From: the human T2T-CHM13v2.0 reference genome, Homo sapiens
DNA: 64,000 nt
Reading direction: 5' to 3' (one strand)
NCBI RefSeq assembly: GCF_009914755.1
Contig: NC_060947.1
Shown: in pieces, positions 23,961 through 36,965 of the stretch
How the letters are laid out: each line of letters starts with the position of its first letter
Numbering within the stretch: the stretch's first letter is position 1
Program-made: the position numbers and the translations under genes
Notes under the pieces: generated by a model
What the model was told of the DNA's origin: nothing
The model's database searches: none
The model's input: only the letters and a program-made list of their open reading frames with translations

Positions 23961-25681
23961 CTGAAGGAGGGAGAGGGTTTGGTATCATGAGCAGAGCCTC
24001 AGGGTAGCAGAGGGAGGACCCTGGCCCTCCTGGGAGATGAGGAAGGCCTCAGGAGACCCAGCACCCCAAGGCAGGGAGCCCACCCCACCCCGTCTGAGAA
24101 TGAGGTGCCTCCTCTTTTAGCCTCAGGAATCCAAGGGATGGCAACTCAGGTCAGCAGAGGGGTGGGTTCCAAGCCCTTCCAGGATCAAGGAAAGGAAGAC
24201 GAGGGAGGATTCAGGGGGCCTTGCATTCCAGATCAGTGGAGACCTGGGCCCTGGGAGGTCCTGGGCAAGGTAGCCACCTGTAGCTCATACTTCCTGCATC
24301 TTCGAGGTCACAGAGAGGAGAGGGCTATGGTCTGAGGGGTGGTACTTCAGGTCCGCAGAGGGAGGAGTCCCAGGATCTACAGGACCCAAGGTGTGCCACA
24401 CTTCACGAGGAATGGGGATACCTGTGGCTCAGAAAGACGGGACCCCACAGAGTCTGGCTGTCCCCTGTTCTTAGCTCAGGGGGGACCAGAGGAGGGATGG
24501 CCCTATGTGCCAATTTCACTTGTTCCACAGGCAGGAAGTTGGGGAACCTTCAGGGAGATGAGGTTTTGGAGTAAAGGGGCAATGTTTGCTCATCTCAGGG
24601 GGTTGGGGGTTGAGGAAGGGCAGGCCCTGTCAGGAGCAAACATGAGTACCCCACAGGAGGCCATCAGAACCCTCACCCCAGAACCAAAGGGGTCAGCCCT
24701 GGGCACCCCACACAGGGGTGACAGGATGTGGCTCCTTCTCATTTCTGATTCCAGATCTCAGTGAGGTGAGGACCTTGTTCTCAGAGGGTGACTCAGGTCA
24801 CCACAGGGACCCCCATCTGGTCTACAGACACAGTGGTCCCAGGATCTGCCAAGAGTCCTGGTGAGGAATGTGAGGGAGGATTGAGGGTACCACAGGGCCA
24901 GAACGCAGATGATGACCCCACAGAAATCAGCCCTGCTCCTGTTGTCACCCCAGAGAGCATGGGCTTGGCTTTCTGCTGAGGTCCCTCTCTTATCCTGGGA
25001 TCACTGGTGTCACGGAGTGGGAGGCCTTGGTCTGAGGGGGCTGCACCCAGGTCAGTAGAGGGAGGGTCCCAGGCTCTGCCAGGAGTTGAGGTGAGGACCA
25101 AGCAGGCTCCGCATCCAGGACACATGGGTTCCAATGAATTTCGACATCTTTTGCTGTCGTTCTTCGGAAGACCTAGGCACAGGTGGCCAGATGTGGGGTT
25201 TCTTAGGTCCTGTTCCCTCTCAGGCATGTGAGCTCTTGATCTGAGTTTCTCAGGCCAGCAAAAGAGTGGGATCCAGGCCCTGCCTGGAGAAATGTGAGGG
25301 CCCTGAGTGAACACAGTGGGGATCATCCACTCCATGAGAGTGGGGACCTCACAGAGTCCAGCCTACCCTCTTGATGGCACTGAGGGACCGGGGCTGTGCT
25401 TACAGTCTGCACCCTAAGGGCCCATGGATTCCTCTCCTAGGAGCTCCAGGAACAAGGCAGTGAGGCCTTGGTCTGAGACAGTGTCCTCAGGTTACAGAGC
25501 AGAGGATGCACAGGCTGTGCCAGCAGTGAATGTTTGCCCTGAATGCACACCAAGGGCCCCACCTGCCACAAGACACATAGGACTCCAAAGAGTCTGGCCT
25601 CACCTCCCTACCATCAATCCTGCAGAATCGACCTCTGCTGGCCGGCTATACCCTGAGGTGCTCTCTCACTTCCTCCTTCAG

Positions 25682-25753
25682 GTTCTGAGCAGACAGGCCA
25701 ACCGGAGGACAGGATTCCCTGGAGGCCACAGAGGAGCACCAAGGAGAAGATCT
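25682..25753 (+). other. MAGEA4: MAGEA4 short non-coding exon 2 (72 nt)
   Basis: Acceptor tcctccttcag| ends at 25681; donor TCT|gtaagt starts at 25754. This is the typical MAGE-A layout, with a 75-nt intron before the coding exon. Confidence 0.85.
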
Positions 25754-25893
25754 GTAAGTAAGCCTTTGTTAGAGCCTCTAAGATTTGGTTCTCAGCTGAG
25801 GTCTCTCACATGCTCCCTCTCTCCGTAGGCCTGTGGGTCCCCATTGCCCAGCTTTTGCCTGCACTCTTGCCTGCTGCCCTGACCAGAGTCATC

Positions 25894-26847
25894 ATGTCTT
25901 CTGAGCAGAAGAGTCAGCACTGCAAGCCTGAGGAAGGCGTTGAGGCCCAAGAAGAGGCCCTGGGCCTGGTGGGTGCACAGGCTCCTACTACTGAGGAGCA
26001 GGAGGCTGCTGTCTCCTCCTCCTCTCCTCTGGTCCCTGGCACCCTGGAGGAAGTGCCTGCTGCTGAGTCAGCAGGTCCTCCCCAGAGTCCTCAGGGAGCC
26101 TCTGCCTTACCCACTACCATCAGCTTCACTTGCTGGAGGCAACCCAATGAGGGTTCCAGCAGCCAAGAAGAGGAGGGGCCAAGCACCTCGCCTGACGCAG
26201 AGTCCTTGTTCCGAGAAGCACTCAGTAACAAGGTGGATGAGTTGGCTCATTTTCTGCTCCGCAAGTATCGAGCCAAGGAGCTGGTCACAAAGGCAGAAAT
26301 GCTGGAGAGAGTCATCAAAAATTACAAGCGCTGCTTTCCTGTGATCTTCGGCAAAGCCTCCGAGTCCCTGAAGATGATCTTTGGCATTGACGTGAAGGAA
26401 GTGGACCCCGCCAGCAACACCTACACCCTTGTCACCTGCCTGGGCCTTTCCTATGATGGCCTGCTGGGTAATAATCAGATCTTTCCCAAGACAGGCCTTC
26501 TGATAATCGTCCTGGGCACAATTGCAATGGAGGGCGACAGCGCCTCTGAGGAGGAAATCTGGGAGGAGCTGGGTGTGATGGGGGTGTATGATGGGAGGGA
26601 GCACACTGTCTATGGGGAGCCCAGGAAACTGCTCACCCAAGATTGGGTGCAGGAAAACTACCTGGAGTACCGGCAGGTACCCGGCAGTAATCCTGCGCGC
26701 TATGAGTTCCTGTGGGGTCCAAGGGCTCTGGCTGAAACCAGCTATGTGAAAGTCCTGGAGCATGTGGTCAGGGTCAATGCAAGAGTTCGCATTGCCTACC
26801 CATCCCTGCGTGAAGCAGCTTTGTTAGAGGAGGAAGAGGGAGTCTGA
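25894..26847 (+). CDS. MAGEA4: Melanoma-associated antigen 4 (MAGE-A4), 317 aa, single coding exon
   Basis: ORF 25810-26847. The known protein starts at the in-frame ATG at 25894 ([15 protein letters not shown]...), contains a MAGE homology domain and the [10 protein letters not shown] peptide, and ends ...LLEEEEGV*. Confidence 0.98.
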   Translation: MSSEQKSQHCKPEEGVEAQEEALGLVGAQAPTTEEQEAAVSSSSPLVPGTLEEVPAAESAGPPQSPQGASALPTTISFTCWRQPNEGSSSQEEEGPSTSPDAESLFREALSNKVDELAHFLLRKYRAKELVTKAEMLERVIKNYKRCFPVIFGKASESLKMIFGIDVKEVDPASNTYTLVTCLGLSYDGLLGNNQIFPKTGLLIIVLGTIAMEGDSASEEEIWEELGVMGVYDGREHTVYGEPRKLLTQDWVQENYLEYRQVPGSNPARYEFLWGPRALAETSYVKVLEHVVRVNARVRIAYPSLREAALLEEEEGV

Positions 26848-27377
26848 GCATGAGTTGCAGCCAGGGCTGTGGGGAAGGGGCAGGGCTGGGCCAGTGCATC
26901 TAACAGCCCTGTGCAGCAGCTTCCCTTGCCTCGTGTAACATGAGGCCCATTCTTCACTCTGTTTGAAGAAAATAGTCAGTGTTCTTAGTAGTGGGTTTCT
27001 ATTTTGTTGGATGACTTGGAGATTTATCTCTGTTTCCTTTTACAATTGTTGAAATGTTCCTTTTAATGGATGGTTGAATTAACTTCAGCATCCAAGTTTA
27101 TGAATCGTAGTTAACGTATATTGCTGTTAATATAGTTTAGGAGTAAGAGTCTTGTTTTTTATTCAGATTGGGAAATCCGTTCTATTTTGTGAATTTGGGA
27201 CATAATAACAGCAGTGGAGTAAGTATTTAGAAGTGTGAATTCACCGTGAAATAGGTGAGATAAATTAAAAGATACTTAATTCCCGCCTTATGCCTCAGTC
27301 TATTCTGTAAAATTTAAAAAATATATATGCATACCTGGATTTCCTTGGCTTCGTGAATGTAAGAGAAATTAAATCTG

Positions 27378-27383
27378 AATAAA
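27378..27383 (+). terminator. MAGEA4 polyadenylation signal
   Basis: AATAAA ~530 nt after the stop codon, followed by T-rich sequence. Confidence 0.8.
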
Positions 27384-29629
27384 TAATTCTTTCTGTTAAC
27401 TGGCTCATTTCTTCTCTATGCACTGAGCATCTGCTCTGTGGAAGGCCCAGGATTAGTAGTGGAGATACTAGGGTAAGCCAGACACACACCTACCGATAGG
27501 GTATTAAGAGTCTAGGAGCGCGGTCATATAATTAAGGTGACAAGATGTCCTCTAAGATGTAGGGGAAAAGTAACGAGTGTGGGTATGGGGCTCCAGGTGA
27601 GAGTGGTCGGGTGTAAATTCCCTGTGTGGGGCCTTTTGGGCTTTGGGAAACTGCATTTTCTTCTGAGGGATCTGATTCTAATGAAGCTTGGTGGGTCCAG
27701 GGCCAGATTCTCAGAGGGAGAGGGAAAAGCCCAGATTGGAAAAGTGCTCTGAGCAGTTCCTTTGTGACAATGGATGAACAGAGAGGAGCCTCTACCTGGG
27801 GCAGGAATGGAAGGTGTCTTGCGCTTTTGTCCCAGTGTTGTTGAACACAGTGCATGAGCTAGGTGATGGACACCCGTTATTTGCAAGGGTTTCCTGTGAG
27901 ATAAGTGTATGTCTCCCCCAAAAGGGAGACCCAGAAGCCACTGGCCAGGTGCTTTTCTACCTGGCTGGGAGAACCAGAACTGACTATTAAAAAGGCATTC
28001 TAATTAGGTTATCTCAAGTGCAATTTGACCAATTGTAAGCAGGGGCTAGATTTTGGGTGGTAACAAAATGAAAATAGTGGTATGGATGGAAAAGCAGCTG
28101 GGAGCGAGGGAAGGAGTTGGTCTTTGACTCAAATTCTAGGAGCTTTGAGCTGCATCTGGCTGGGGAAAACTCCCACACACTCAAATTTTGAGGCACATTC
28201 TCTAAGTGGTAATTCTTACTGAATTTTATGGACGAAACTTCCTTTTTTGGCTAATTATTCCATGCCCTATTGAGCTGTATATTCTCTGATCAACAACAGC
28301 AACAAAATCCCAGAATGCTAGGGTCTGGGGTCAAATAATACTAGAAGTAACAGCCATCTGCCTTTCCTTAAACTTCCAATTTAATTCCATTCCCTGAGCC
28401 AGGTGCTTCACGTACATTGCACACACTCCAACAGTCCTACTAGACAGGGCTTATCAAATCTGCTTACAGATGAAGAATTCAAGGCTCACAGGGCTTCTGA
28501 ACTTGGACATAATAACAGAGTATTTCCGGGGTATCCCCAGGATCATGTGTCTAGCAAGGAACAGGGCTGGAATCAGACTCCTGCTCTGAATTCCTTTAGA
28601 GCCCATGCTGTTCCCATTCCCCCCAGCCTGAGGTTGACCTCCCGACTGGTACTTTATTTCTCTTCTCAGCACTGCACCATGTCTCTCAGGTGACAAAAAG
28701 AAGGACCTTGAGGCCAACATTACTAAAAGCAGGCTTGGAGAAGGTGGCAATGAGAATCAAACACCATTCGGGGCTGGTTTGCGCTGGGTTCCTTGACAGC
28801 TGAGTCTCCCCAGGTGTGGGCATTTCTGTCCGGTCTCAGCACTTTCTGGAACTACAGCGCATTTCCTCTGGTCACTTCCATATGGTCCTGTCTGACTCTG
28901 GAACCTTCCCTGCTGACCACCTTGTCACTGGTCCCCACAGAACAGCCCAAAATCACCTGCTCACCTCTTGACAGGGAGCATTCTGGGACAGTAGAAGTCT
29001 TCTGGCTGTCCCATCTCTCACCCAGGAAGCCGTGTGATAATAAGCAAACTTTTTGATATAAAATTCACATAGGGACAGTGGCTTTTAGACAACTGGGTAC
29101 CACTCTGGTTATCTTCAACACAGTCTCCAAGTGTTTTCCGAATGGGTTGAGTAGAGTCTGATTTGCCATATTATTCATCAGTTTTTGGCATGTCACCCCG
29201 AAGTTAATAGGGGTTTGGAACCACCTTGATACTTGAAATTAGACTTTAACCGGGTGTTTTATTTGGAATCCAGCTCTGAACACATACACAGATGAATGCT
29301 TTAAAACCAAAGCCTCCCTCATGAGTATTAGGTGGGGAAAAACTTTGAAAATCCTAGTGGAACAAACATCTACATACTGAGGCTGAATTCCTAAATGCCT
29401 ATAGTCTCCCAGGAGGTGAAAAATGATTCCTTGGAATACATGTCAGCTCCGACGAAAAAGGAATAATTAAGCAGCCTTCTACTGCCTCTTGGATGCTTAA
29501 CTGCCCCATGGAAAAATACTGGCTTTCAGTGTGCCTAGAGGCACCCGACAGGTGTTCAGGCATGTGGAGGGTAGCAGAGACTCACAGGTTAAGATTTTAA
29601 CCAGGAATCAAATGGAAGAAAATATTTTC

Positions 29630-29870
29630 GGTGTACTTGGAGCTAAATGAGAAGAACTTATGAACACAAATAAGGAAATAACAGACACTGAAGTCTACTT
29701 GAGGTAGGGAGGGTGGCAGGAGGGAGAGGATCAGAAAAGATATCTATTGGGTACTGGGCTTAATACCTGGATGATGAAATAATATATACAACAAACTCCT
29801 GTGACTCTTATTTATGTATGTGACAGACCTTCACATGTACCCCCAAACCTAAAATAAAAGTTAAAAAAAA
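29630..29870 (+). mobile_element. L1 3' end fragment
   Basis: tattgggtactgggcttaatacctggatgatgaaataat...cacatgtacccccaaacctaaaataaaagttaaaaaaaa. Confidence 0.8.
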
Positions 29871-30084
29871 TAAAGGGCATTGCAAAGGGAGGCCTTCCTG
29901 CTGAGACTTTCAAGATTCTGGACAGTTGTGATCCTACATTTGAAAGTATCAGTCACATATTAGGCACTTGAACAATCTGGAGAACTTCAAGGCAAATTTG
30001 ACCTTCTCAGAAACTCCTCCTAGAAATGAGCTGGATCGTGTAACACCGAATTATAATATGAATAGTTGCCTTTTATTAAGCACT

Positions 30085-30495
30085 TTGTAACAGTTTATGG
30101 GGGAGACTACAGTACTCACCCACACCTTGTCTTCCTCTCTTTCCTTGACAAAGGAACAGCACAGTTCACCTGCAGTTAGGAAGAGTAGTGTGACGACTCC
30201 TCACCACTGAAACATGAGCAGAAGCGTTGTCTGTCACATCCCGGCATGTGAGAGCCAATGTGCCATTTCCATTCTTTCTCCCTCCTTTCAATGGCAAACA
30301 TGGCAGCTTCAGCTTGAGATGATGGAATCACAAGGTGGAAGTAATATGGATCCCCAGGTCACGTGGGAGTGGAGAACCTCTGCCAAGCCACATCAGAACT
30401 TAGGTGTGCATAAAATAAACTTCTGTTGTGTCAAGCCATTGAAATGTCAGGGTTTGTCTGTTGCATCAGCTAGCAGTTACTTTAACTGACACAGC
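30085..30495 (+). mobile_element. MLT1-type LTR
   Basis: 3' part reads aaataaacttctgttgtgtcaagccattgaaatgtcagggtttgtctgttg...aactgacaca. Confidence 0.65.
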
Positions 30496-31699
30496 TGCTA
30501 TTTCTGCTGTTAGATGTAAATATTTTTTATTTAAAAAGTAATAGTTTGTATATTCTTATTGCAAAAATTATAGAAATGTAGATAATTTACAATTTTAAAG
30601 TTTGCAAAGCTCTTCCACGGTTTAGCCCCCTCCTCAGAGGTCCCACAATTAACCATCTGGTGTGTATTATTTTAAAGCTGACCCTAGGCTCTTCACTGAC
30701 ACATAAACTTTAACAATATATTATTTTTATTTAATATAAGACAATAATGATGTACATATTGATCTGCCACTAGTGTTTGTCCCTTCGTAAAATGGATATG
30801 GGATCTTTCCACAACAGCACATATATACATCTATCTCTCTTTTGATACCACTTTCTATAATTCTGAAGTACGCATGCACCATAATTAATTAAACTCTTTC
30901 TTCCTAGTAAACACATTATTTACCATTTGGTGTATGATAAACCGAATAAAATCAATATCTTTGAATATGAATTATTGAGCAAACATGAATGTTTTCTTAT
31001 AAGAAATGTATTAACATGGACATTGGGTTAAAATGAAAAGGTTGTAAATAGTTTAACATTTTATAAATATTTTTTAATTTCATTACAAAAAATGCTGTAC
31101 CAATTCACATTCTAATAAAAATCACAGATTATTTAAAATTCTGAAATGTGGACAGGACATTTCTACTTTGCTTTGAGAAGGATTTTGGTCAGACTTAACA
31201 GGAGCCAGGGAAGTGGAGCAGGGAGGACACCCTCAGCCCATGAGGGTCATTGGGAGGATCCAGGGGAGAGCAATTGCCAGGGTGTATGAGAGAGACCACA
31301 TGTGAAACCAAGTCCACAGAGCCCCAGGCAGGCTGGTACTCAGTGCTCTGAATCCAGAGTTCAGCCCAGTGGGGTCAGGAACCTGAGGAAGAAAAGTGGG
31401 AAGGGAAGAGGGAGAACAGGACAACCAACAGGATTAGATTTGGGAAATCGGGCACCATCATCACCAATTGGACTGGGCCCTGTGATCTGAATGTGCAGGC
31501 CTTTTGGCTGAATGCATCAGCCGCGTGCAGGACACCACACCCTCCCTCAGAATTTCCTTCCCTCTGTCAGGAAGCATATGGCTGGCTTCCTGCATCTTTC
31601 TGGGCAAGCTGCCTCTCTTGACGATTCCAGTGGTCCTGTGCAAAGTCTGCAGCATTCCAGGGCTGGGAGCTGTCTTCATGCCTGCTGGGGGCTGGTGTT

Positions 31700-32260
31700 T
31701 TATCCCCTGGGGACCCTTCACCAAAGCTGGGCTATGTGAATGGGTTGGTGACTGATGACCGAAAGCCAAGATGGGCCAGGAATGCAGTTGAAGGTGGCAG
31801 TGTGGCTGCATGGAGGGAAAGTCGGAGGAAGAGTGCCGCGGGACTAGTCTGCTCAGACTCTGCACATGAAGCACTGTGTGGGGAAGTGCAGTGAAAGCGA
31901 TCCAGGTGGTGAACATGTCTCAGATGGCTTCCTGTGTCTTCTGAGCTCTTGGACCACAAGGGGCAGGTGTCCTGAAGCTGTGACCGCTTGCCTATTTTGC
32001 CTCCAGACACTGTCTAGGGTAGAGGGCTGGCCCAAGGTGTGGACATGGGCAGGTTGGATGGAAACTCAGTAGAGATGGCACAATCCCTTGTTAAACTGAC
32101 AGGGATGTACAGGGTCCAATGCATGAAGCATCATGCACCATCCTGTTGGGAGCATCCTCATCTCCATGATGGTGTTTGGGCCTGGGAAGGAGGCATCCAC
32201 AGTGACCCTCTCAGTGGTAGTTTCCATGGAAATTTTGAACTCAAGCAATCATAGGTGAGG
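31700..32260 (-). pseudogene. Possible decayed class A (rhodopsin-like) GPCR remnant, TM5-TM7
   Basis: Ordered minus-strand motifs across frameshifts: TLYIPVSL (32095-32121), RRHRKPSET/FTTWIAFTALPHTVL (31870-31940), AFLAHLGFRSSVTNPFT*P (31729-31785). Recognised by eye only. Confidence 0.35.
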
Positions 32261-32994
32261 GAAGTGTATGTTTCCTCATGGAGGCAGGAGGCCTAGGTGG
32301 GGTCAGGCTCTGAAATTTAAATCAGTGATTTCATTGATGCCTTGCCTGGTAATTTCATTCATTCATTCATTTGTTCATCCAGCAAACATTTATTGAACAC
32401 ATGCTGAGGACACACCAAGTCAACAATACAAAAGAAAGTGGCAAGCCCCTTAATTCATTCTGTGAGGGGTGTGGAGAAGATGGTGAGGTGGAAAGACATG
32501 TGAGCGTTTTAGGAAGTGAGGGACTGTGAACTGATGGAGAGAATTGCTATTGATCTGACTTCTGAGGTTGTGCCTAGGTGATGCTATTCCTTTAGTTGAG
32601 AGTAAGGTGCAGGAGGAAGAGTTGGTGTTGTTTTGGTGGGGAAGAGTGTGGAGATGAGGTCCGTGTGCACTATGTAGTCAGGGAGGTACTGTAGCCTGTC
32701 CAGGTGGTGCTATCAAGTAGGCAGTAGAGAAAGGGGTCTGTCTATCTGGTTGGGGCCAAGACTGGATATTAGGTTGGCTGCATCACGAGAAGTAATTTGA
32801 GGCTATAGGCTTAAGTAAAATCAAGTGATTATTGTGTAGATACTGGCTTACATGCTACATGATGCCATTCCATTTCTTGCAAACACATTTATTTGGTAAC
32901 CAAAGTTACACAAAGTTTAATAAAGGAAGGAAGCGTACAGGAGGCTTGAAAGGGAGAGAGAACACTTCCAGAAATCCAAATAGGGAATGTTTCC

Positions 32995-33465
32995 TATATA
33001 TGTGTGTATACATTTGTGTATATACATATTTGTGTATATATACATATATACAAAGATATATGTATATCTTCATGTATACACGTGTGTATATGTACAAATA
33101 TATGTATATATTTGCATATACACATATAAACATGTATATTTGTTATATATGCATATATAAACATATATACATATACATATATGTATATTTGTTATATACA
33201 TGTGTAAACATGTATATAAACATGTATATTTGTATATATATAAACATGTATATTTGTATATAAACATGTATATTTGTATAAAAATACATATGTGTATATG
33301 CATTTGTGTGAATATATATAGTTGCATATGTGTATATGCAACTACTTATGTGTATATGCCCATACGGGTATATGGGCATATGGGTATATGTGCATATGCA
33401 TTTGTGTCAATATATAGTTGTATATATGTTTCAGCTGTCTCATGTTGTATATAGATTTATATATC
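32995..33465. repeat. TA/TG-rich low-complexity tract with ~20-bp tandem units (taaacatgtatatttgtata)
   Basis: Directly visible alternating purine-pyrimidine repeat. Confidence 0.9.
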
Positions 33466-33468
33466 ATC

Positions 33469-33749
33469 CTTTTTTTTGAGACACAGTTTCTCTTGTCCAG
33501 ACTCAATGGCACGATCTCAGCCCTCTGCAACCTCCTCCTCCCGGGTTCAAGAGATTCTCATGCCTCAGCCTCCTGAGTAGCTGGGATTACAGGCATGTGC
33601 CACCATGCCCAGCAAATTTTTGTATTTTTGGTGGAGACAGGGTTTTGCCATGTTCTCCAGGCTGGTTTCAAACTCCCAACCTCAGGTGATCTGCCCACCT
33701 TAGCCTCCCAAAATGCCTGGATTATAGGCATGAGCCACTGTGCCTGGCC
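33469..33749 (-). mobile_element. Alu (S/J-type) with 17-bp target-site duplication
   Basis: Alu text flanked by agatttatatatcatcc at ~33453 and 33750. Confidence 0.92.
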
Positions 33750-34532
33750 AGATTTATATATCATCCATTTTCAATGTCATATATGCTATATTATGTTACT
33801 TTTAGTGCTCTTGGCATCTGTTGTCCAAGATTAAGTGTATAACTACTAATACCCAGACACTTATCTCCTATAAGAGTGTGCTGTTTTTGGCAGCTGGCAG
33901 CTCTACCATAACTAAATAAAGATTATCATGACAAACAGAACAAGGGGCAAGAAGCAATCTGGAGTCGAAGTACCTGGGGGTCAGTACTTCATGATGTATT
34001 TTGTATCTAGTTGGTGGAAAGTGGTTGTCAAAATTTTAGATGTGGAAACTCTTACTCCAACAAAAGCCTTCCACAGAACTCCAGTCCATGAACATGAGGA
34101 AGACAGAGCAGTGTGGATGAAGCGAGGACTCATCCCATAGTCCTGTCTACCCAGCACCTTTTTTTCCCTCAGAGCATTGGGCCCTGACACCCCTGAGCAC
34201 TACTGGAGCAGTTCTGTGCAAAAGGCCCTTCCCAGACACGGACTTTCTCATGCCCTCACACAGGCATCTATCTGTGTGGATGCCATTCTGTCTGCCACAC
34301 AGAATCTCAACTTTGTTGCCAGGCACTGCCAAAAACTTGTGACCTCCCAAACTCTCCATTCTCTGTATATGCTACAATTCCATTTCTGGTTTCCCAGGCT
34401 CCTCATTGTGTCCCCCCACCCCATCCCCTGACCTAAACCCACATAGATACACACTGTCCTCCTGCTCACTCATGTATTTTTTATTGTCAGCATGGGACTC
34501 ACTCCCCTCCCTCCAACTCACCATTCCCCTTT

Positions 34533-34773
34533 GCTCACTGCAAGCTCTGCCTCCCAGGTTCACGCCATTCTCCTGCCTCAGCCTCCTGAGTAGCTGGGAC
34601 TACAGGCGCCCACCACCACGCCTAGCTAATTTTGTTTGGTTTTTTTTGTATTTTTAGTAGAGACAGGGTTTCACCATGTTAGCCAGGATGGTCTCCATCT
34701 CCTGACCTCGTGATCCGCCTGCCTCGGCCTCCCAAAGTGCTGGGATTAGAGGCGTGAGCCACCGCACCCAGCC
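34533..34773 (-). mobile_element. AluY-like element lacking its tail end
   Basis: gctcactgcaagctctgcctcccaggttcacgccattctcc...gagccaccgcacccagcc. Confidence 0.9.
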
Positions 34774-35229
34774 GGGCATTTTTACTTTCTTTTGAAAGTA
34801 TTCTCAGATCACGTTCAACCGTCCTAAACAAGAGCAAAGAGCTTGGTACGTTTTACTTATGTATGTTGCCTCTGCTCCCCCAACACAGCACATAATCATC
34901 TTTACTGATATTCAGATTGCCTAATCTCAACTAAAGTCTATTAAAGATGTATAGCTTAATTCCCTTCAAGAACACAAGATGAAGGGATTCCTATGAGTTC
35001 CTTATTTAACAGAGAAGAGTAATTTGGGTGTGGAGTTCACAGATTCCCTCCAGTGACACTGTGTTCACACTTTAAATGATGAGTGGTATTTAAACGCCTG
35101 ACATATATAGGCCCACCTGGCTACTGTGCTAGGGCCTTGGGTACAAAAAGGAAGCAAGCTGACCACTGGAACTCAGAATAGTCAAACACATGAAAACCAA
35201 CAATTTACTTCCATTTCTCCCTTCTTAGC

Positions 35230-36965
35230 TTTTCATCTATTGTTGAGACACATTTTATTCCTACATGTGTTATATACTTCACAATACAGTACGTTTTTTG
35301 CTTTAAACAGTCATTTTAAAGACATTTACATAATAGAGAAATTATATTTATCCATAAAGTTGCAAATCTTGATGCTCTTCATTCCGTTGTGTTAGTCCAG
35401 ATTTCTATTGGTATCATTTTCTGCCTACCTGGAGGACTTTCTTTAACATTTCCTGTACTGCATTTCTGTTGGTGATTGATTCTGAAAAATACTTTATTTC
35501 ATCTTTGATTTGAAACGTATTTTCCCTGGGATGCCAGTGAATGTCAGACATTGTGGATTTTAGGTTCACTATTTTTCTTTCAGTGCTTTAAGGATATTGT
35601 TCTGCTTTTCTCTGGCTTTCATTGTTTTTGACAAGAAATATGCTGTTGTCTTTATCTTCATCCATATGTAGGTAAAATACCTTTTTTGCCTCTTTCTACT
35701 TTTAAGATTTTCCCTTTATCACTGGTTTTAAGCAATTTTATTATGAGGTGCTGTACAGTTTTCTTCATATTTCCTGTTCTTGGGATTCTTTTATTTTCTT
35801 GCCTCTGTAGATTTATGGTTTTCATCAAATTTGGATAATTTTCATTATTTCTTCAAATGATTTTTATCCTCCATATTTCCTCTCCTTTGGGAGGTCTCCC
35901 AATGCATCCATATTAGGCCATTTGAAGTTGCCTCATAGCTCACTGATGGTCTACTCATTATTTCCTGTGTTCTTTCTTTCTGTTTCTATTCTGGAGAGTT
36001 TCTATCACTGTATCTTCAAGTTCACTAATCTTTTCTTCTTTTATGACTTGACCCCTATTAATCCACACTGTTATATTTTTTCAACTCAGACATTATAGTG
36101 TTCATATGTCAAAGATGATTTAGTTTTTAAAATATTGTCTATGTCTCTATTTTACCTGTTTAATTTTTCCTCTAATTTCTTGAACATATATAATTCAGTT
36201 TTAATAAGTGTTTTTATTATCCTTATCTACTATGTCATCTGTCTCATTTGTATGTTAGTATTATCAATTGATTTTTCTTGATATCATTCATCCTACTATC
36301 CTTCTTTTTGAATGCCTGGCAATTTTGATTGGATGCTAGACATTGTGAAATTTACCTTGATGTGTGCTGGGTATTTTTGTGTGTCTATAAATAAATATTC
36401 TTGAGATTTTTTCTGGGCCATAGTTAAGTTTCTTGGAAATAGTATGATTCTATTGGGCCATGCTTTAATTTGTTATGTGAGATCAGAGCAGTGTTTTGTC
36501 TATGGTCGGTATTTCTTCATTACTAAGACAAAACCATTCTGAGTGCTCTAACCAATGCCCTGTCAATTGTGAGATACTGTACTTTACCTGTTGGGAATGG
36601 GAATTATGTCAAGCTTTCTGTGAGTTCAGGAGATCTCCCTGTGTACCTTTCTCTTTTCCAGTATTTTGCACTGAAACCTCCAGCCACTTTGGCCTTTCTG
36701 GACTGCCTGCTCCAGATCCTCAGCTGAAGGATACAATCAGGCTCCTGCTTTGTGCACTGCCATTTGCAATCTGTCTTCAGGCAATACGCTGGGTACAATT
36801 GCAGGACTTTCCTTTTTTGTTTTTCATCTATCAGAAATAACTAACCTTTGTTGCCTATGTCCAATAAATTGAAAAGTGTTGTTTCATATATTTTGTCTGG
36901 GTTCTAGTTGTTGTAAGCATATGTATAATTTTGGTCCTTATTACTTAATCTTGGCCAGAAGCAGA
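35230..36965 (-). mobile_element. Old L1M fragment, antisense
   Basis: T-rich L1M-like text, e.g. gtttttgacaagaaatatgctgttgtc and tcttcaagttcactaatcttttcttc. Confidence 0.65.

Larger units (their letters stand above)
25829..27400 (+). other. MAGEA4: MAGEA4 terminal exon (end of 5' UTR, CDS, 3' UTR)
   Basis: Acceptor ctctctccgtag| ends at 25828; AATAAA at 27378-27383. The 3' end is approximate. Confidence 0.85.

Noticed and set aside
24531-24770. Possible optional MAGEA4 5' UTR exons (acceptors at 24530 and 24754)
   Set aside because: The acceptors look good, but the paired donors are weak or imply an 11-nt exon; this cannot be supported without transcript data.
25940-26763. Overlapping 134-aa alternative-frame ORF and 218-aa antisense ORF in MAGEA4
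   Set aside because: Expected shadows of a GC-rich CDS, with no independent support.
32832-33454. Tyr/Ile/Cys/Met-rich ORFs
   Set aside because: Translation of TA/TG low-complexity sequence.
34250-34322. Plus-strand string LTQASICVDAILSATQNLNFVA resembling GPCR TM3
   Set aside because: It is on the opposite strand to the other GPCR-like motifs. It also shows that such resemblances arise by chance, which tempers the GPCR-relic finding.
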